Source: a virus
IMG/VR virus record: IMGVR_UViG_3300017917_005108
Location: 32,001 to 96,000 of that record
DNA length: 64,000 nucleotides
Direction: 5' to 3' (one strand)
Shown one piece after another: positions 1 through 12,100 of the stretch (its first letter is position 1; every line of letters starts with the position of its first letter). A model generated the notes under the pieces. The model did not search any database and was not told the DNA's origin. It was given only the letters and a program-made list of their open reading frames with translations. The translations under genes and the position numbers were made by a program.

Positions 1-356
1 TCTGTTATATTTTGCAGCCTTGCTTGCACTCTATTACAAGAATAGGCTGGTGCTACTGCAAAAAAATCATATGTACCTGGAGGCAAAGTAAACTGATTAC
101 TAGCTAGTGAACATATATTGCCTGTATCTAATACTTTAGTATTAAGTGTTCTAGTTCTCCAATCACCGCTAGTAAATGACCCACCGGGGGTGTTTTGAGT
201 TTTTTGATCCTGTAAAACTACTGTATAGTCAACTCTACCGGTTGAAACAGCAGAAGCTAATGTAGTTCTATACGTTACTACCCCAGTTGTTAGTGGAAAA
301 TAGTCAAAACTAGCTGGCTGCTGTATAGGTAAATCTATAATTTTTACGTTTGCCAT
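1..356 (-). CDS. tail fibre-associated protein, partial (runs off left edge)
   Basis: Not in ORF track; my translation from ATG 356: MANVKIIDLPIQQPASFDYFP...QDQKTQNTPGGSFTSGDWRTRTLNT...FTLPPGTY, open to the edge; TAAATA 7 nt upstream. Confidence 0.7.
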   Translation of the reverse strand, partial: MANVKIIDLPIQQPASFDYFPLTTGVVTYRTTLASAVSTGRVDYTVVLQDQKTQNTPGGSFTSGDWRTRTLNTKVLDTGNICSLASNQFTLPPGTYDFFAVAPAYSCNRVQARLQNIT

Positions 357-366
357 ATATTATTAT

Positions 367-2232
367 TTATGGTCCAGTTATTATATAGTCACCGCTATCT
401 GCAATAATAGGATCACTTGCATCTGTTAATAGCTTATCTACTAAAGTAGGTGTAGGAGTGGGTGTAGGCGTAACAGTAGGTGTAGGTGTTGGTGTAGGTG
501 AAGGACCAGGAATTGTTGGAGTAGGTGTAGGAGTTGGTGTGTTTGTAGGTGTAGGAGTAGGTGTAGGTGTGGGTGTGGGTGTAGGTGTTGGTTTTGGAGC
601 AGTAAATCCATTAGTGTCTTTTTCTATTATATTAGTATTAAATAACTGTAACCCTTTTTGAACTAAACTACCTGTTAATGAGTTTAATAGGTTTATACTA
701 AAATCTGGTCCTATATGATGATAGGCGTAATACGTGCCTTTTTCAAATACTAAACTTGAAGGTATGTCAAATACATCAACATAACCAAACAAATCATTAA
801 TATCCTTTACCAAACAATCAAAAACTGAAGTAAATTCAATAGCATTAAAAGTAGATGCAGTCAATGCATTTATATAGGATACTTTTATAGGGTTATAATA
901 TCTGTCTATCCATATTGGTTTAACTTTTGGGTCTAAACTACCAGAAAGCCAAGAGCATAGAAAATCACCAGATGTTTCTTCTAGTGTATTGCCAAAATAA
1001 CTATTTCTTGAATAGTTTCCTTTTTTCTTAAAAATTTTATCACTCTTAAGAGGATGATCACCTGGAATTGCTCCTGCCTCTATTAACCCTGAATCATTTA
1101 TATTAAGTTTTGTAAATGGATAAAATATTTGGGGTATGTGAAAATAAGTAACTTTATCTTTTTTAAGAATTATATTTGAAGTATAACTTTCATATCCAAC
1201 AGTTATATTATCATTTCCTAGTAATTGGTTAGATCCTGTAAACAGTTTTTTATAATCTCTTTGAACAATTCTTTGCTCATTAAAAAATGGGTTATTTCTA
1301 GATTGATAATTTTCAGGTGTATTAGAATTCTTTAAAGATAGTAAATTAATATAAATTTCATTGCCAGAAATAGTAAAATATTCATTATTAAGTAAAAAAT
1401 TATCAAATGCATCATTATAGCTTAAACTTTCATTTATTGGTAAAGAATTATTTTTAAAGTTTTTAAGATATGATACCCAGGGGTCTGAAATATCTGTAAA
1501 GTTAGGCCCATAATTTCTTTTAACACATCTAAAAATAGAATTGTTTGTAAAAGCAGCTTGAGTACCTGTAATGGGATCAACTAAAGTTAATTCATCTAAA
1601 TCAGGATTATAAGTTACATATTTTATAATATCATTTATATTTTTTTGCAATACTATAAAATTATCACCTCTATCATAGTTGTAGATAAAAATTTGAGGTG
1701 AATACTGTCCAAAATTATCTGCATCAATATCTTTACACATGCTTAAATTTCCTGTATAATCAAGTGTTAAAAATCTCTTTACACCGTCATTTTCATGAGC
1801 AATTTTACACAATGCATCAGTTAAAAATACAATTTCAAAAAAGTATCTGTTGTCAATTAAGTCACTTTTACCAGAAACTGCTACATTACAATTAAAAATG
1901 TTTGGTGATGGCTCTGCTGCAACCCAAAATTTAGAAAGCGGTGAAATAAAATCAATAGCGTTTACAGCAAGATAGGTAGAAAACCCCTCATCTGGTAATG
2001 GCTCTAATGGTTCTATCTCTAGAACATCAGATAAAAAATTAGTTTTAGAAAGATATAAATTCGAGTAGTTGTTTGTTGAAGTATCATTAGCATCTTTAAA
2101 AACACTTGCAAATGAAAAATTTATACTGTTTTCAGTATAAATGTTTTGTGTTTTTAAATTTAAAGTTTCGTCTAAATTATACTTGGCTGATAAGGGTATA
2201 AAATTAGTAGATGATAAGCCAAATACTTGCAT
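367..2232 (-). CDS. virion structural protein with C-terminal Pro-Thr linker and acidic tail
   Basis: 621-aa ORF, late promoter 5 nt upstream, PT tract, tail-cluster context. Confidence 0.55.
   Translation of the reverse strand: MQVFGLSSTNFIPLSAKYNLDETLNLKTQNIYTENSINFSFASVFKDANDTSTNNYSNLYLSKTNFLSDVLEIEPLEPLPDEGFSTYLAVNAIDFISPLSKFWVAAEPSPNIFNCNVAVSGKSDLIDNRYFFEIVFLTDALCKIAHENDGVKRFLTLDYTGNLSMCKDIDADNFGQYSPQIFIYNYDRGDNFIVLQKNINDIIKYVTYNPDLDELTLVDPITGTQAAFTNNSIFRCVKRNYGPNFTDISDPWVSYLKNFKNNSLPINESLSYNDAFDNFLLNNEYFTISGNEIYINLLSLKNSNTPENYQSRNNPFFNEQRIVQRDYKKLFTGSNQLLGNDNITVGYESYTSNIILKKDKVTYFHIPQIFYPFTKLNINDSGLIEAGAIPGDHPLKSDKIFKKKGNYSRNSYFGNTLEETSGDFLCSWLSGSLDPKVKPIWIDRYYNPIKVSYINALTASTFNAIEFTSVFDCLVKDINDLFGYVDVFDIPSSLVFEKGTYYAYHHIGPDFSINLLNSLTGSLVQKGLQLFNTNIIEKDTNGFTAPKPTPTPTPTPTPTPTPTNTPTPTPTPTIPGPSPTPTPTPTVTPTPTPTPTLVDKLLTDASDPIIADSGDYIITGP
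446..597 (-). repeat. Pro-Thr (CCN-ACN)n coding repeat 1
   Basis: Degenerate hexamers gtaggt/gttggt/gtggga on + strand; ends approximate. Confidence 0.95.
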
Positions 2233-2240
2233 ATTATTAT

Positions 2241-4217
2241 TTAAGAAATAGTTCCATATACAACACCTGCCCCTATATTATTTACAGTAGCAGTATATCC
2301 GTTTAAATTAATTGCTTTGCCTGCAGCGCCACCTTGGCCTCCTCCATTTGAAGCTGATGCTCCATTAATACCTAAATTACCACCATTACCGCCAGGAGCA
2401 GCAGACGCACCAGCAGCGCCTCCTGTAAGATAACTGCCAGGGCTTGAAGCTTCTCCTACACCAGATGCGCAATCTCCTAGCGCCAACCCTTGACCAACAT
2501 TTATTCCAGCGCCACCACCTGAGCGACCACCTCTAATTGCTCCAAATATAATATTAGTTGATCTTCCTCCTCCTCCTGCACCTCCACCGCCACCTATAAT
2601 ACCTGAGTTATTAATTGTTAGATTATAGTTTAAGTTAATTGCATTTCCACCAGAATTGCCATTTAAAAACTCACATACGCCATTGCCACCCTTACCAGCC
2701 ACGACACCATTTGCAGGTGAATTGGTTCCATCAGATACAGCTGGTACTACCAATGTAATATTTGATCCAGCAGGCCAGCTACCGGTATCTAATGCTGCTG
2801 TTCCTGTTGAAGTGCTTCCTATATTTCCTATTACAGTAAATGAAATGTTTACTGGGTTATTGGATGAATCACCGGTTTGAGATTCATAAGATGATCTAAG
2901 ATTTACATTATAAGTAGTTGAGCTAGCGGAACCAATAGTTAGATTACTAGGTGTGTTAGTTGGAGTAGGCGTAGGTGTTGGAGTTGGGGTAGGTGTAGGA
3001 GTGGGAGTTGGTGTGGGGGTAACGCAAATTTGCATTACTGCTGGTAGCCCACCAAAAGGATTAGTAAATCCAGTGGCATTGTTGCAATAGTACACAGTAG
3101 CTCCGGAGCCTAAGTCATTACCAACGCCTAAGCTTGGAGCATTTCCAGAAAAATAAATACCCGATAAGCTATCACAACTACCAAACACAAGATCATCTAC
3201 TAGTGTTACACTACTTGGAATGGTAATATCTTTTAAGAGTTTGCAAACTGAAAATGCATTACCCAGAATAGTAGTTACACTGTTAGGTATATTGACGCTT
3301 GAAAGCCCATAAAGATTCCGGGCAAAACAATAATAATCAAGGGTTGTTACACTGTTTGGAATTGTATAAGCATCTTTTCTGCCAGCAGGGTAAGTCAGCA
3401 AAGTAGTTTGATTTTTGTCAAATAGTACTCCATTGATAGAGCTGTAATTAGGATTAGCAGGGTTTACATTGATGCTTGATAGTGAAGTACAGGATGAAAA
3501 GGTACGGCTGGCTATAGATGCTAGCCCGCTACCTAACTCTACAGATCCAGTAAGAGCAAAACAATACCTAAAAGAACTACTTCCAAAAGTGGTCACATTT
3601 TTAAGGCTAGGAATAGTAACTAGATAAGAACATGAGGTGAAAGCTTGTGAACCTATGTTAGTTACGTTAGAGCCACCCTCTACACTTATTAGACTGCCTT
3701 GATTATAAAACGCATTACTACCAATGCTGGTGACACCAGAGCCAATGACTATATTGGTAAGTGTTTTACTTGTATTGTAACTGTTTGATGTTAATGTGGT
3801 ATCAGAACTCTGTGAGGTAGTATTGTCACTATAAAAGAACACAGTATGTACGGGTGGTAGCGTGGGTGTAGGCGTAGATGTCGGAGTATTTGTTGGTGTA
3901 GGTGTTGGTGTAGGGGTAAATGTTGGAGTGGGAGTGGGAGAAGGTGTTGGTGTATTAGTTGGAGTAGGTGTAGGCGTAGGAGTACCTACTGGTGTAAAAT
4001 TAACTGGTATTGTGTTTAAATCAAATACATAATCTTTATTTGGTTCTAATGAAGTTAAAGTATTAGTAACGCTATTTGGGGTAAAAGTAATTAAACCTGT
4101 TCCAGCAGTATTAGGAGTAATAATTCTATTAATTTTATTTTTATCAGGAAAATTAGGTAAGAAGCATCCTTCTGCTTCTGTGTATTTAGTAATTATTTTA
4201 TTTTTGTTTATATTCAT
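2241..4217 (-). CDS. putative receptor-binding protein: N-module, PT, BspA-type LRR, PT, gp38-like glycine-rich adhesin domain
   Basis: [13 protein letters not shown] repeats; C-terminal [28 protein letters not shown]...GGAAGKAI...VYG resembles T-even gp38. Confidence 0.75.
   Translation of the reverse strand: MNINKNKIITKYTEAEGCFLPNFPDKNKINRIITPNTAGTGLITFTPNSVTNTLTSLEPNKDYVFDLNTIPVNFTPVGTPTPTPTPTNTPTPSPTPTPTFTPTPTPTPTNTPTSTPTPTLPPVHTVFFYSDNTTSQSSDTTLTSNSYNTSKTLTNIVIGSGVTSIGSNAFYNQGSLISVEGGSNVTNIGSQAFTSCSYLVTIPSLKNVTTFGSSSFRYCFALTGSVELGSGLASIASRTFSSCTSLSSINVNPANPNYSSINGVLFDKNQTTLLTYPAGRKDAYTIPNSVTTLDYYCFARNLYGLSSVNIPNSVTTILGNAFSVCKLLKDITIPSSVTLVDDLVFGSCDSLSGIYFSGNAPSLGVGNDLGSGATVYYCNNATGFTNPFGGLPAVMQICVTPTPTPTPTPTPTPTPTPTPTNTPSNLTIGSASSTTYNVNLRSSYESQTGDSSNNPVNISFTVIGNIGSTSTGTAALDTGSWPAGSNITLVVPAVSDGTNSPANGVVAGKGGNGVCEFLNGNSGGNAINLNYNLTINNSGIIGGGGGAGGGGRSTNIIFGAIRGGRSGGGAGINVGQGLALGDCASGVGEASSPGSYLTGGAAGASAAPGGNGGNLGINGASASNGGGQGGAAGKAINLNGYTATVNNIGAGVVYGTIS
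2949..3020 (-). repeat. Pro-Thr coding repeat 2
   Basis: (PT)n tract; ends approximate. Confidence 0.95.
3861..3996 (-). repeat. Pro-Thr coding repeat 3
   Basis: (PT)n tract; ends approximate. Confidence 0.95.
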
Positions 4218-7200
4218 GGTATATACTCATATGTTACTACATTTCTAGATACGTCACCGCCACCTATTATATAGACTTTTTCTGAGCTGTCCTTTGTTAT
4301 TCCCTCTCCGCCGTAACCACCTTGATTTATTGAGGAGGAAACAAAAGATAAAACAGGCTGATTACCATTTGGGTAAACTGGATAGGTAATGACAATTCCG
4401 CTTGCAAGTGTTGTACTCCCTACAGCAATTAATCTTTTTACCCCGCCATTATTAGTGAAAATAGCATTCGATATACTATATGTAAAATTCAATGGAACGT
4501 TGGCCCAGGTAGCCCCGTTATCATTAGAGCATTTAAAAAACTGTGAGGTTGAGGGAAATTTAGCTAATCCCATAGCAACCCAATTGTTACTTCCATCTGT
4601 TGTAACTACTCTAAAATCAAAATTATCTGTATTAGGATCAGGATCTGGCCAGTCGTTCCATTGTAATTTTGACCAAGAGAGACCATTATCTGTAGATCTA
4701 TAATAAGCTTTGCTTAATCCTACAGCAACCCATACCCCATTACCGTAGTCTATAGATCTTATATCGGTGTTGACAGTACCTACTGATGGTTGAGAGATGG
4801 TAGTCCATGTGGCTCCGTTATCTGTCGATCTATATAATCCTCCATTTTGAACCCATGAAGCTATCCATACCCCATTACCATATTTTGCTACAGATTGATT
4901 GAATACCGTACTTTCAAGTTTTTTACTCCAGTTTAATCCATCAGTAGAGTATAGATATCTTGTATAAGGGCCTGGTGTATTTAAATCATCAAAGCTGCCG
5001 CTCATTATCCACAAACCATTACCATAAGCTATATCAAAAGGCTGAGTATTAATTGGAAGATTAGTCATCTTAGTCCAATTAACACCATCTGTTGATGTTA
5101 GATATTCATTATTGCCTGGGGGAGGTGTATTAAAATTAATAGCTGTGAATCTATTGTTACCATAAGCTACTTTATAAACTGCGCCATTAAAAGGTGCAGG
5201 TAACTTATTGCTATATAAAGTAAATCCAAGATCTCCTGGTATTTGTGTAGACGTTGGGGTAGGTGAAGGTGTTGGAGTAGGAGTAGGTGTAGGGGTAGCA
5301 GTAGGCGTTGGAGTGGGTGTGTTAGTAGGGGCAGGTGTAGGTGATGGTGTAGGAGTAGGTGTAGGTGCAAAAGGATCGTAATTAATTATATAAGGAATAA
5401 CTGATGAGTTAATCAAATAATATCTGCCAGCAGAAAGGTATTGCATAGTGCTAGGTCCACCAGGCTTATAAATTAAGAATGTAGTTCCGTTTAAGTCTGT
5501 CCCAGTAATTCCTATGATGTTACTGTTACCATAATATCCTGGCATGAAAATGTCAGTCTGACTATTGTTGTAAACTATTTGCCAGTATTTGTTGACTTCT
5601 ATGCCCAGAGGGTTAAGAGTGGGAGTAGGCGTAGGTGTAGGAGTAGGGGTAGGAGTGGGTGTAGGAGTGGGTGTAGGAGTAGGGCCTTGACGAGGTCTAG
5701 TATATAAATTGTATATTTTTAATATAGAAGATCCAGTATTTGCAAAAGTAAATGAATATAAGCTTTCTTGTGTAGTACTAATGGTTGCATTAGTTGTTAT
5801 ATAAACAGGATTATTATCTATAGAAGTTTCAGAAAAATTATAGGCAGATAGATAATTTTGAGCATATATAGGCGAATAGTTATTAAAGAAAGAATGATTA
5901 GGGAAGGGCGGTGAAATTAAATCTACATCATAGAATACATTAAACGAGGTAACATTTGTAGCTACTGTTATGTTATAAGACTCAGTAGATTTTACAAATA
6001 TATCTAAGCCATTTTTATCTATATAGTATGTAGATTCTTTAGGCAACACTTGATATGAAATTACATCTGTAGAAAGTAATTTAAAGTTTGTAACATAGTT
6101 AGCAGAATCAGCTTCTGCTACAATCATATTTTTATAGATATCATTGCTCAATCCTATTTTGTTTAGAGCGTTTATATTTTCTACATCATAATAAGATAGA
6201 GGTACGGAAGTAAAAGCAAGGTTAAAAATGTTAAAAACTGAATTTCCATTTATAACAGTTACAGAAGGTGTATAAAGTGTTAGGTTTTCATTTTGAGGAT
6301 AATATTCATGCTTTGGATATACAAACTTTGGATTACCTGGCTGATATCCAAAAGTATTAGAAGCATTAGGGTCTATGTTTGTATAATTAACTATAATTTC
6401 TTTTTCTACATCTAATATTTCAGAACCATCTCCAAAATCATATATAACTTTTAAAGTAGTATAAAAAGAATTATCTATAGCTGAGGGTATAAAAGTTAAA
6501 GTATATGGACCTTTTAAAATTCCTAAATTTATATTTTCTATCGTATTTTGTATTTGATATCCCCATGGAAAAAACAACCCACCATATGTAGATAAAGTAT
6601 ATGCAGATGTTTGACCAAATAAAAATGTTGATGTATAATAGTCGTTTAATACTTCTGCCTGTGAGAGCGCGGTGTTATAAATTTTTACACTTTGCACATT
6701 ACCCTTAAACCCCTCTCCGTTTGTTGGATCATTAGTAGGATCAGCTCTTCCTATTAAAAACGGCGCAGTGTTGGTTGCTGATAATGTTGTTGCAGCTGCA
6801 GAAAAATCTAAATCAAAACCACTAATATTTAAAACTAAATTAGTTGCAACATGTGATTGACTAGGACATAAAAACTTTTTAGATCCGTTTACATAGCACT
6901 GTAATATTTTGCTGGACTGATCTACTACTAATGCAACATGGTTATAACCATTTATAATACAGTTATCAATAGTAGTATGATAGATTGCACTAAGTGGACT
7001 CGGACTAAGCCCTGATCCAATACCAACATAAACATTTTTATTAGCAGTTTGTATTATATATCCAGGGCTAAAAAACCAATGTCCTTTATTTACAACTCTT
7101 TGCAAACTACTTCTTCCTGATGAAAAAATAGCAGTAATAGTAAAGCTGTTTTGTTCAAAATTAAATCTTTTATCATTATCAGCTGATAATACGGAAAGAC

Positions 7201-7510
7201 TACTGTAGAGAGTGTTATTTAAAGAATATACTCCAGTATTACTTGTTCTGTTTAATTTTAAATCATTTGTTTGAGTGGTAGAGGTATCATTAGCTGATAC
7301 CGTACTATATCTTGATTCAGGGTCTTCTGTATCTATTTTTAATACTTGAGGTGTTATGCTTGCAGAAAGAACTGTAAAAACACCGCCATCTACGTTATTT
7401 GGATATGTAAAGGCTGTTCCGTATACAGGATCTAAGAAAAACCAGTGATTTAAGTAATTTGGCTTTCCAGATATTTGATAACTGGACAGTATTACATTAA
7501 GAAAATTCAC
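4214..7510 (-). CDS. virion protein with LamG/ConA-like domain, PT linkers and Asp-box (BNR) beta-propeller
   Basis: NHVALV...YVNG...FKGNVQSVKIYNTALSQAEV (LamG); YRSTDNGATW, YRSTDNGLSW, CSNDNGATW (Asp-box). Confidence 0.75.
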   Translation of the reverse strand: MNFLNVILSSYQISGKPNYLNHWFFLDPVYGTAFTYPNNVDGGVFTVLSASITPQVLKIDTEDPESRYSTVSANDTSTTQTNDLKLNRTSNTGVYSLNNTLYSSLSVLSADNDKRFNFEQNSFTITAIFSSGRSSLQRVVNKGHWFFSPGYIIQTANKNVYVGIGSGLSPSPLSAIYHTTIDNCIINGYNHVALVVDQSSKILQCYVNGSKKFLCPSQSHVATNLVLNISGFDLDFSAAATTLSATNTAPFLIGRADPTNDPTNGEGFKGNVQSVKIYNTALSQAEVLNDYYTSTFLFGQTSAYTLSTYGGLFFPWGYQIQNTIENINLGILKGPYTLTFIPSAIDNSFYTTLKVIYDFGDGSEILDVEKEIIVNYTNIDPNASNTFGYQPGNPKFVYPKHEYYPQNENLTLYTPSVTVINGNSVFNIFNLAFTSVPLSYYDVENINALNKIGLSNDIYKNMIVAEADSANYVTNFKLLSTDVISYQVLPKESTYYIDKNGLDIFVKSTESYNITVATNVTSFNVFYDVDLISPPFPNHSFFNNYSPIYAQNYLSAYNFSETSIDNNPVYITTNATISTTQESLYSFTFANTGSSILKIYNLYTRPRQGPTPTPTPTPTPTPTPTPTPTPTLNPLGIEVNKYWQIVYNNSQTDIFMPGYYGNSNIIGITGTDLNGTTFLIYKPGGPSTMQYLSAGRYYLINSSVIPYIINYDPFAPTPTPTPSPTPAPTNTPTPTPTATPTPTPTPTPSPTPTSTQIPGDLGFTLYSNKLPAPFNGAVYKVAYGNNRFTAINFNTPPPGNNEYLTSTDGVNWTKMTNLPINTQPFDIAYGNGLWIMSGSFDDLNTPGPYTRYLYSTDGLNWSKKLESTVFNQSVAKYGNGVWIASWVQNGGLYRSTDNGATWTTISQPSVGTVNTDIRSIDYGNGVWVAVGLSKAYYRSTDNGLSWSKLQWNDWPDPDPNTDNFDFRVVTTDGSNNWVAMGLAKFPSTSQFFKCSNDNGATWANVPLNFTYSISNAIFTNNGGVKRLIAVGSTTLASGIVITYPVYPNGNQPVLSFVSSSINQGGYGGEGITKDSSEKVYIIGGGDVSRNVVTYEYIP
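5252..5367 (-). repeat. Pro-Thr coding repeat 4
   Basis: (PT)n tract; ends approximate. Confidence 0.95.
5618..5685 (-). repeat. Pro-Thr coding repeat 5
   Basis: (PT)n tract; ends approximate. Confidence 0.95.
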
Positions 7511-7562
7511 TTAATTATTTAATTTTATATTATATTATCCAATATATAAATACATCTTTATG

Positions 7563-9125
7563 TTACTGTAACAATGCAAAGCTTTCTAAAGCTCCAGCTT
7601 GAGCTGCTGACCAGCTACCAGATATCTGACTAAATGCACCTCTTGTTGTTGTATCACCCAGTCCTAATTGACCGTATTCATTATATCCTGTTCCTAGTAA
7701 TACAGTACTATTAGCTGATAATCCTATTGTATGACCTAATCCAGCTCCTACAAATTGAGACCAGGTACCTGTCATTGATGTAAATGTTGTATAATTTGTA
7801 AAGGAACTAAACCCTAGCTGGCCTAAATTATTAGCTCCAGTACCGAATAGTTTATAATAACTACCGTTTGCAGATATACCTATAGTGAATGCACTGCCAG
7901 TGCTTACAAGAGTTGAAGATGAAATTACATGTACAACAGTAAATGTTGTTCTATCTGTAGTATCTCCTACACCCAACTGACCCCTATTATTACTGCCAGT
8001 CCCATACCACCTACAATTTGCAAAAGGTGTACCAGAGGATAGAGCAAGAGTATGGTTATAGCCAGGTGATATACTATCCCAATTTCCAGGTAGTCTATTA
8101 AACCCATTTCTACTAATTCTATCTCCTAACCCGAGTTGACCTGATAAGTTATTTCCTGTGGTAAACCATACACTATTAGGTGTAGCTGATTGTGCAAATA
8201 CATAATTATCACCTGCAAGTACTGTATTCCAACTACCTGTTAGCTGAACAAAGGTATTAGATGTTGCGGGTATATTAGCTTGCAAACTAGTCAAAGTACC
8301 AGCTGCAAACATAGTATTTGTACCAGCAGAAATAGCTACTGTAAATGCACCTGCTGGAGCTATATAATCCCAGTTTCCATTTACAATAGTATAAGTTGAT
8401 TTGTTAGTGTTGTCACCTACACCTAACTGACCTTCTGTATTTCTACCCGCAGCATACCACGTAGTGGTGCCTGTACTTCTAGCAAACGTATATAGATATG
8501 TATTGCTCTTTGTAGATTTAAATATGTCAAAGTTTCCTGGTACATTACCAAATGAATTCATTTGACTACCTGTACCGGATTCACCGTAAATATTAGATCC
8601 TGCTCTTCTAATTATATAAGTTGGTACTGTAGGTGTAGGCGTGGGTGTATTAGAAGGTGTGGGTGAAGGTGTTGGTGTGTTGGTAGGTGTAGGTGTGGGT
8701 GTATTAGTAGGTGTATTAGTTGGGGTAGGCGTAGGTGTATTGGTAGGTGTTGGTGAAGGCGTAATAGTGGGTGTATTGGTAGGTGTCGGTGTAGGTGTAA
8801 TTGTAGGCGTCGGTGTAGGAGTATTTGTAGTAAAGATTGTAGGTGTGGGAGTCGGAGAAGGAGTTGGTGTGGGAGTTGGAGTTGGTGTGGGACAAATAAT
8901 AGTATAGGGAACTGTATTAGAAATAAACAAATAGTCTGTATTTGGAAAAACGTGATTTAAGGTATTTAAAGAACTTAATGGGTTGTATGTTAATAGATAA
9001 TTTCCAGTTGAACCTATTCCTATTATCTTATTGATATTCAAACGACTAGGAAAAGCTGATAGGGGTATAGGTGTAGATGTTGTACACCCTAGATTAACAA
9101 ATTCATATATGTTAGAAATTGTCAT
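7563..9125 (-). CDS. RCC1/BLIP-II-repeat beta-propeller protein with N-module and PT linker
   Basis: Five GxNxxGQLG motifs ([45 protein letters not shown]). Confidence 0.8.
   Translation of the reverse strand: MTISNIYEFVNLGCTTSTPIPLSAFPSRLNINKIIGIGSTGNYLLTYNPLSSLNTLNHVFPNTDYLFISNTVPYTIICPTPTPTPTPTPSPTPTPTIFTTNTPTPTPTITPTPTPTNTPTITPSPTPTNTPTPTPTNTPTNTPTPTPTNTPTPSPTPSNTPTPTPTVPTYIIRRAGSNIYGESGTGSQMNSFGNVPGNFDIFKSTKSNTYLYTFARSTGTTTWYAAGRNTEGQLGVGDNTNKSTYTIVNGNWDYIAPAGAFTVAISAGTNTMFAAGTLTSLQANIPATSNTFVQLTGSWNTVLAGDNYVFAQSATPNSVWFTTGNNLSGQLGLGDRISRNGFNRLPGNWDSISPGYNHTLALSSGTPFANCRWYGTGSNNRGQLGVGDTTDRTTFTVVHVISSSTLVSTGSAFTIGISANGSYYKLFGTGANNLGQLGFSSFTNYTTFTSMTGTWSQFVGAGLGHTIGLSANSTVLLGTGYNEYGQLGLGDTTTRGAFSQISGSWSAAQAGALESFALLQ
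8621..8892 (-). repeat. Pro-Thr coding repeat 6 (longest, ~90 codons)
   Basis: (PT)n with PTNT units; ends approximate. Confidence 0.95.
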
Positions 9126-9139
9126 TTATTATTATATAT

Positions 9140-12100
9140 TTATAACACCTGAACAGAGCCAGGTGCAAATATCCCTTCATAATTAGTTTGTGTATTAAAC
9201 TTAAAGTATGTAAATTTTTGACCTAGATATATTGGATCAAAGTTTACAGTAGCAACAAAAGCATTATTAATATAGATATCCATTGTTAATGGTAAATCAG
9301 TTGGATACTTGTTATCATAGGAAAGAATATCGCTTTGATACAATGAAGCAAATGAAACACCATAATAGCCTACAACGCCTCCGGAGATCGGTATCTGTAT
9401 AGAGGAATCAAATGTAGTAGGCTCTACAGGAGTACTATAATCATTATTAAAGTAGCCATTAATATTGAAGTTTTTAATTTTTAATGTAGCAGCTGTTAGA
9501 CCAGAGCTATATGATAAACAAGGTCTAACTGCGTTAGGCGTTAAATCACCAAAATTATAATCAAGATAGGTAGAAAAATCTCTAGCACTTAATTCTTTTT
9601 GTTGAACTATAACTCTTTTACCTAAATCACAAAATCTAATTCTTATTCTTCTATATACAGGCAAATCTGTACCAGTTATTTGTTGATAAATTGAAATTGG
9701 ATTGTCAAAGCTAGATAAAGAGTTAGTTCTTGTTATAACTTGATAGTTATCATAAAATCCGCCTCTTAATGTTATAGAGTTTGATACGCTTGTAGGTAAT
9801 CCAGTTACACCATAACTTGAAGTGCCAAAATTACCAGTTGAGTCAAAGCCTATACCTAAGATACCACTATAAAGACCGTTATAATTTATAAATGCTGCGC
9901 CACCTGTTGAATTAGTACTCAAGTAATTAGCGTTTGTATAATTCAACCCATATCCTGGTGCGCCACCACTTACTATAGGTGTGTAACCTATTAAAGATAC
10001 ACAGAATCCTTCTCCTGCTTGTGTTGTTGAACCGTAGAAAGCATAATCAAAAGTAATTACTATATCTTTTCTTGTATCAAAACCGCTTGTGCTATAAATT
10101 AGAGTGCTTTTTGCACTTACAGGTAACGTATAAAAGCCTGTTGGGTAAATTGTCATGGTTGTAGTGGCTGAACCAGAATAATTACCGTTCACCGAAACAG
10201 CACTTACTGTATAAGAACCTGTTTCAATTGGAGTGACAAAACTACCTGAAGAAAGATAATAGGTTAACAACCCTACACCGGGATAAGAAGGTGAAAACGC
10301 TGACACGCTCTTTGGACTACCTGTATAAACAAAGCTGGTATTTGTAAATTGTATAAAATTAGAAATGTCTAATCTTGTTAGTGTAATATCAAATAAAGCT
10401 GTTGCAGGAGCAAAAACTGTAGTGGATAAAGAGCTTACTAAAACTGTTATTGTACCTGTACCAGATAAAGCAGAAACTGTTGGACTTAAAGTCTTACCAG
10501 GACCACTTAGAACTGTATAAAATGTTTGTAATCTGTTACCCAGGTATGATGCAGTTGCTGATAAGTCTAGGGTTTGTGTGTATTGAAGTGTTGCAGGCAG
10601 AGAAGGCTGAACTATAGATATTTTAGGAACAGGCTGGCTTACAGTATTGTTGGGTTCATCAGGGTATAAGACGACTCCCTGAGTAGACATGTGTGTATAC
10701 TGCTGATTGGAATAACTGGATCTGCCAGTTTTGTTGTTTGTATAATCATAAATGTAAGCGCCACCTGCGCACAGTGAGTAAAATAATGCATCTATAGATT
10801 CTGAATCTAGTAAATTGTTGTTTACATATGCTTCATAGGAAATTTTTGTAGAAGTAAGAACATTTATTGATGTTAAATTATTGTACTCGCAATGAATATA
10901 CTCTAACCCGGTGAGTGGTGTTAAATCTAATGTTGAAATGTTATTGTCTTGAATTTGAAGGTTGGTTATGTTTTTGCTGTAGTTTAAATTAATTGTAGAA
11001 AGATAATTTGTAAATGCTTGAAAATATATAAGAGACGAAAAAGCAGATAAATTGATACTGCTTAGCTGATTAGTATTAGCTGTAAACTCTGTTATACCGG
11101 AACATTTATGCAAAACGGTGAAATTGTTAATTTCTCTTAAACGGTTATTACTAATATTAACTGATGAAAGATTTACAGAGCCAGTAAAATCAAAAGACGT
11201 CAGTCCATTGTTATTGAGGCTTAGATAGGCTAGATTAGGGAGATTAGACAACGTAATGCTGTTAGCGTCTCCGCCTCCAAATACCAGATAGTTTAATACA
11301 GGGTAATTGGAAAAGTTAATAGATGAGATGTTATGATAATAAACATTTATTCGTTCCATTGTGCCTGGTAATGTTGGCAGCGATGTTAAGTTAGTATAAT
11401 AAAGAAAAATGCTTGATAAAACAGTACAATTTGTAAAATCAATAGAGTTTATAGGTCCATAATAATATATTTGATTTAAATTGTAGCAGTTAGAAAAATC
11501 TACAAATTTATTTGAAGATTGTATGCTGAGAAAATAGAAATAATTTAACTGTGGGTTGTTTTTTATATTAATGTTTTTTAATGGAGAGCCATCCATATAA
11601 ATGGTTTTTAAAACAGGAGCACCAGTCAGAGTGAATGCGCTCAACGAATTGTTGTATCTAGTAAAGAAAAAACTATCAAATGTTATAGAAGTTAAACTAG
11701 CAAAATAGTTGTTTTCAGTTTTAACTGCAGAAAGGTGCACATTTCCTGTAAAAACTAAAGTATCTATACTGCTTAGACCTTTAGTTAAATCTATTTCAGG
11801 GGCAGAAGTTCTGCAGTTAAAATATTTTAATGCACTCAATCCAGCTAGCTGCACAGATGATAGACTGTATGAATTAAGTGTTAATGATATTAAATTGTTT
11901 AGTGTATTGTAATTAAAGGAAGTGATAAAACGTGAGTTAGTAAACGCAATATTTTCTAAATTGTTAGGTATTGCAGGTAGAATTAAAGATCTTAGATTAG
12001 ATGTGGCTCCTAAGTCTAAAAATTTGAGGGCTGACAGACTTGATATATCTAATGAAGACAGGGATTGGCTATTAAAGAGGTTTAAAGCTGTTAGAGAGTC

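Noticed and set aside
458-661. Plus-strand GVGVGV ORFs (also 8641-8907) and the His/Leu-rich ORF 5167-5370
   Set aside because: Antisense or alternate-frame shadows of the Pro-Thr tracts
446-8892. Hexamer repeats as CRISPR array, origin or telomere-like repeats
   Set aside because: No constant repeat with unique spacers; third-position variation shows they are coding
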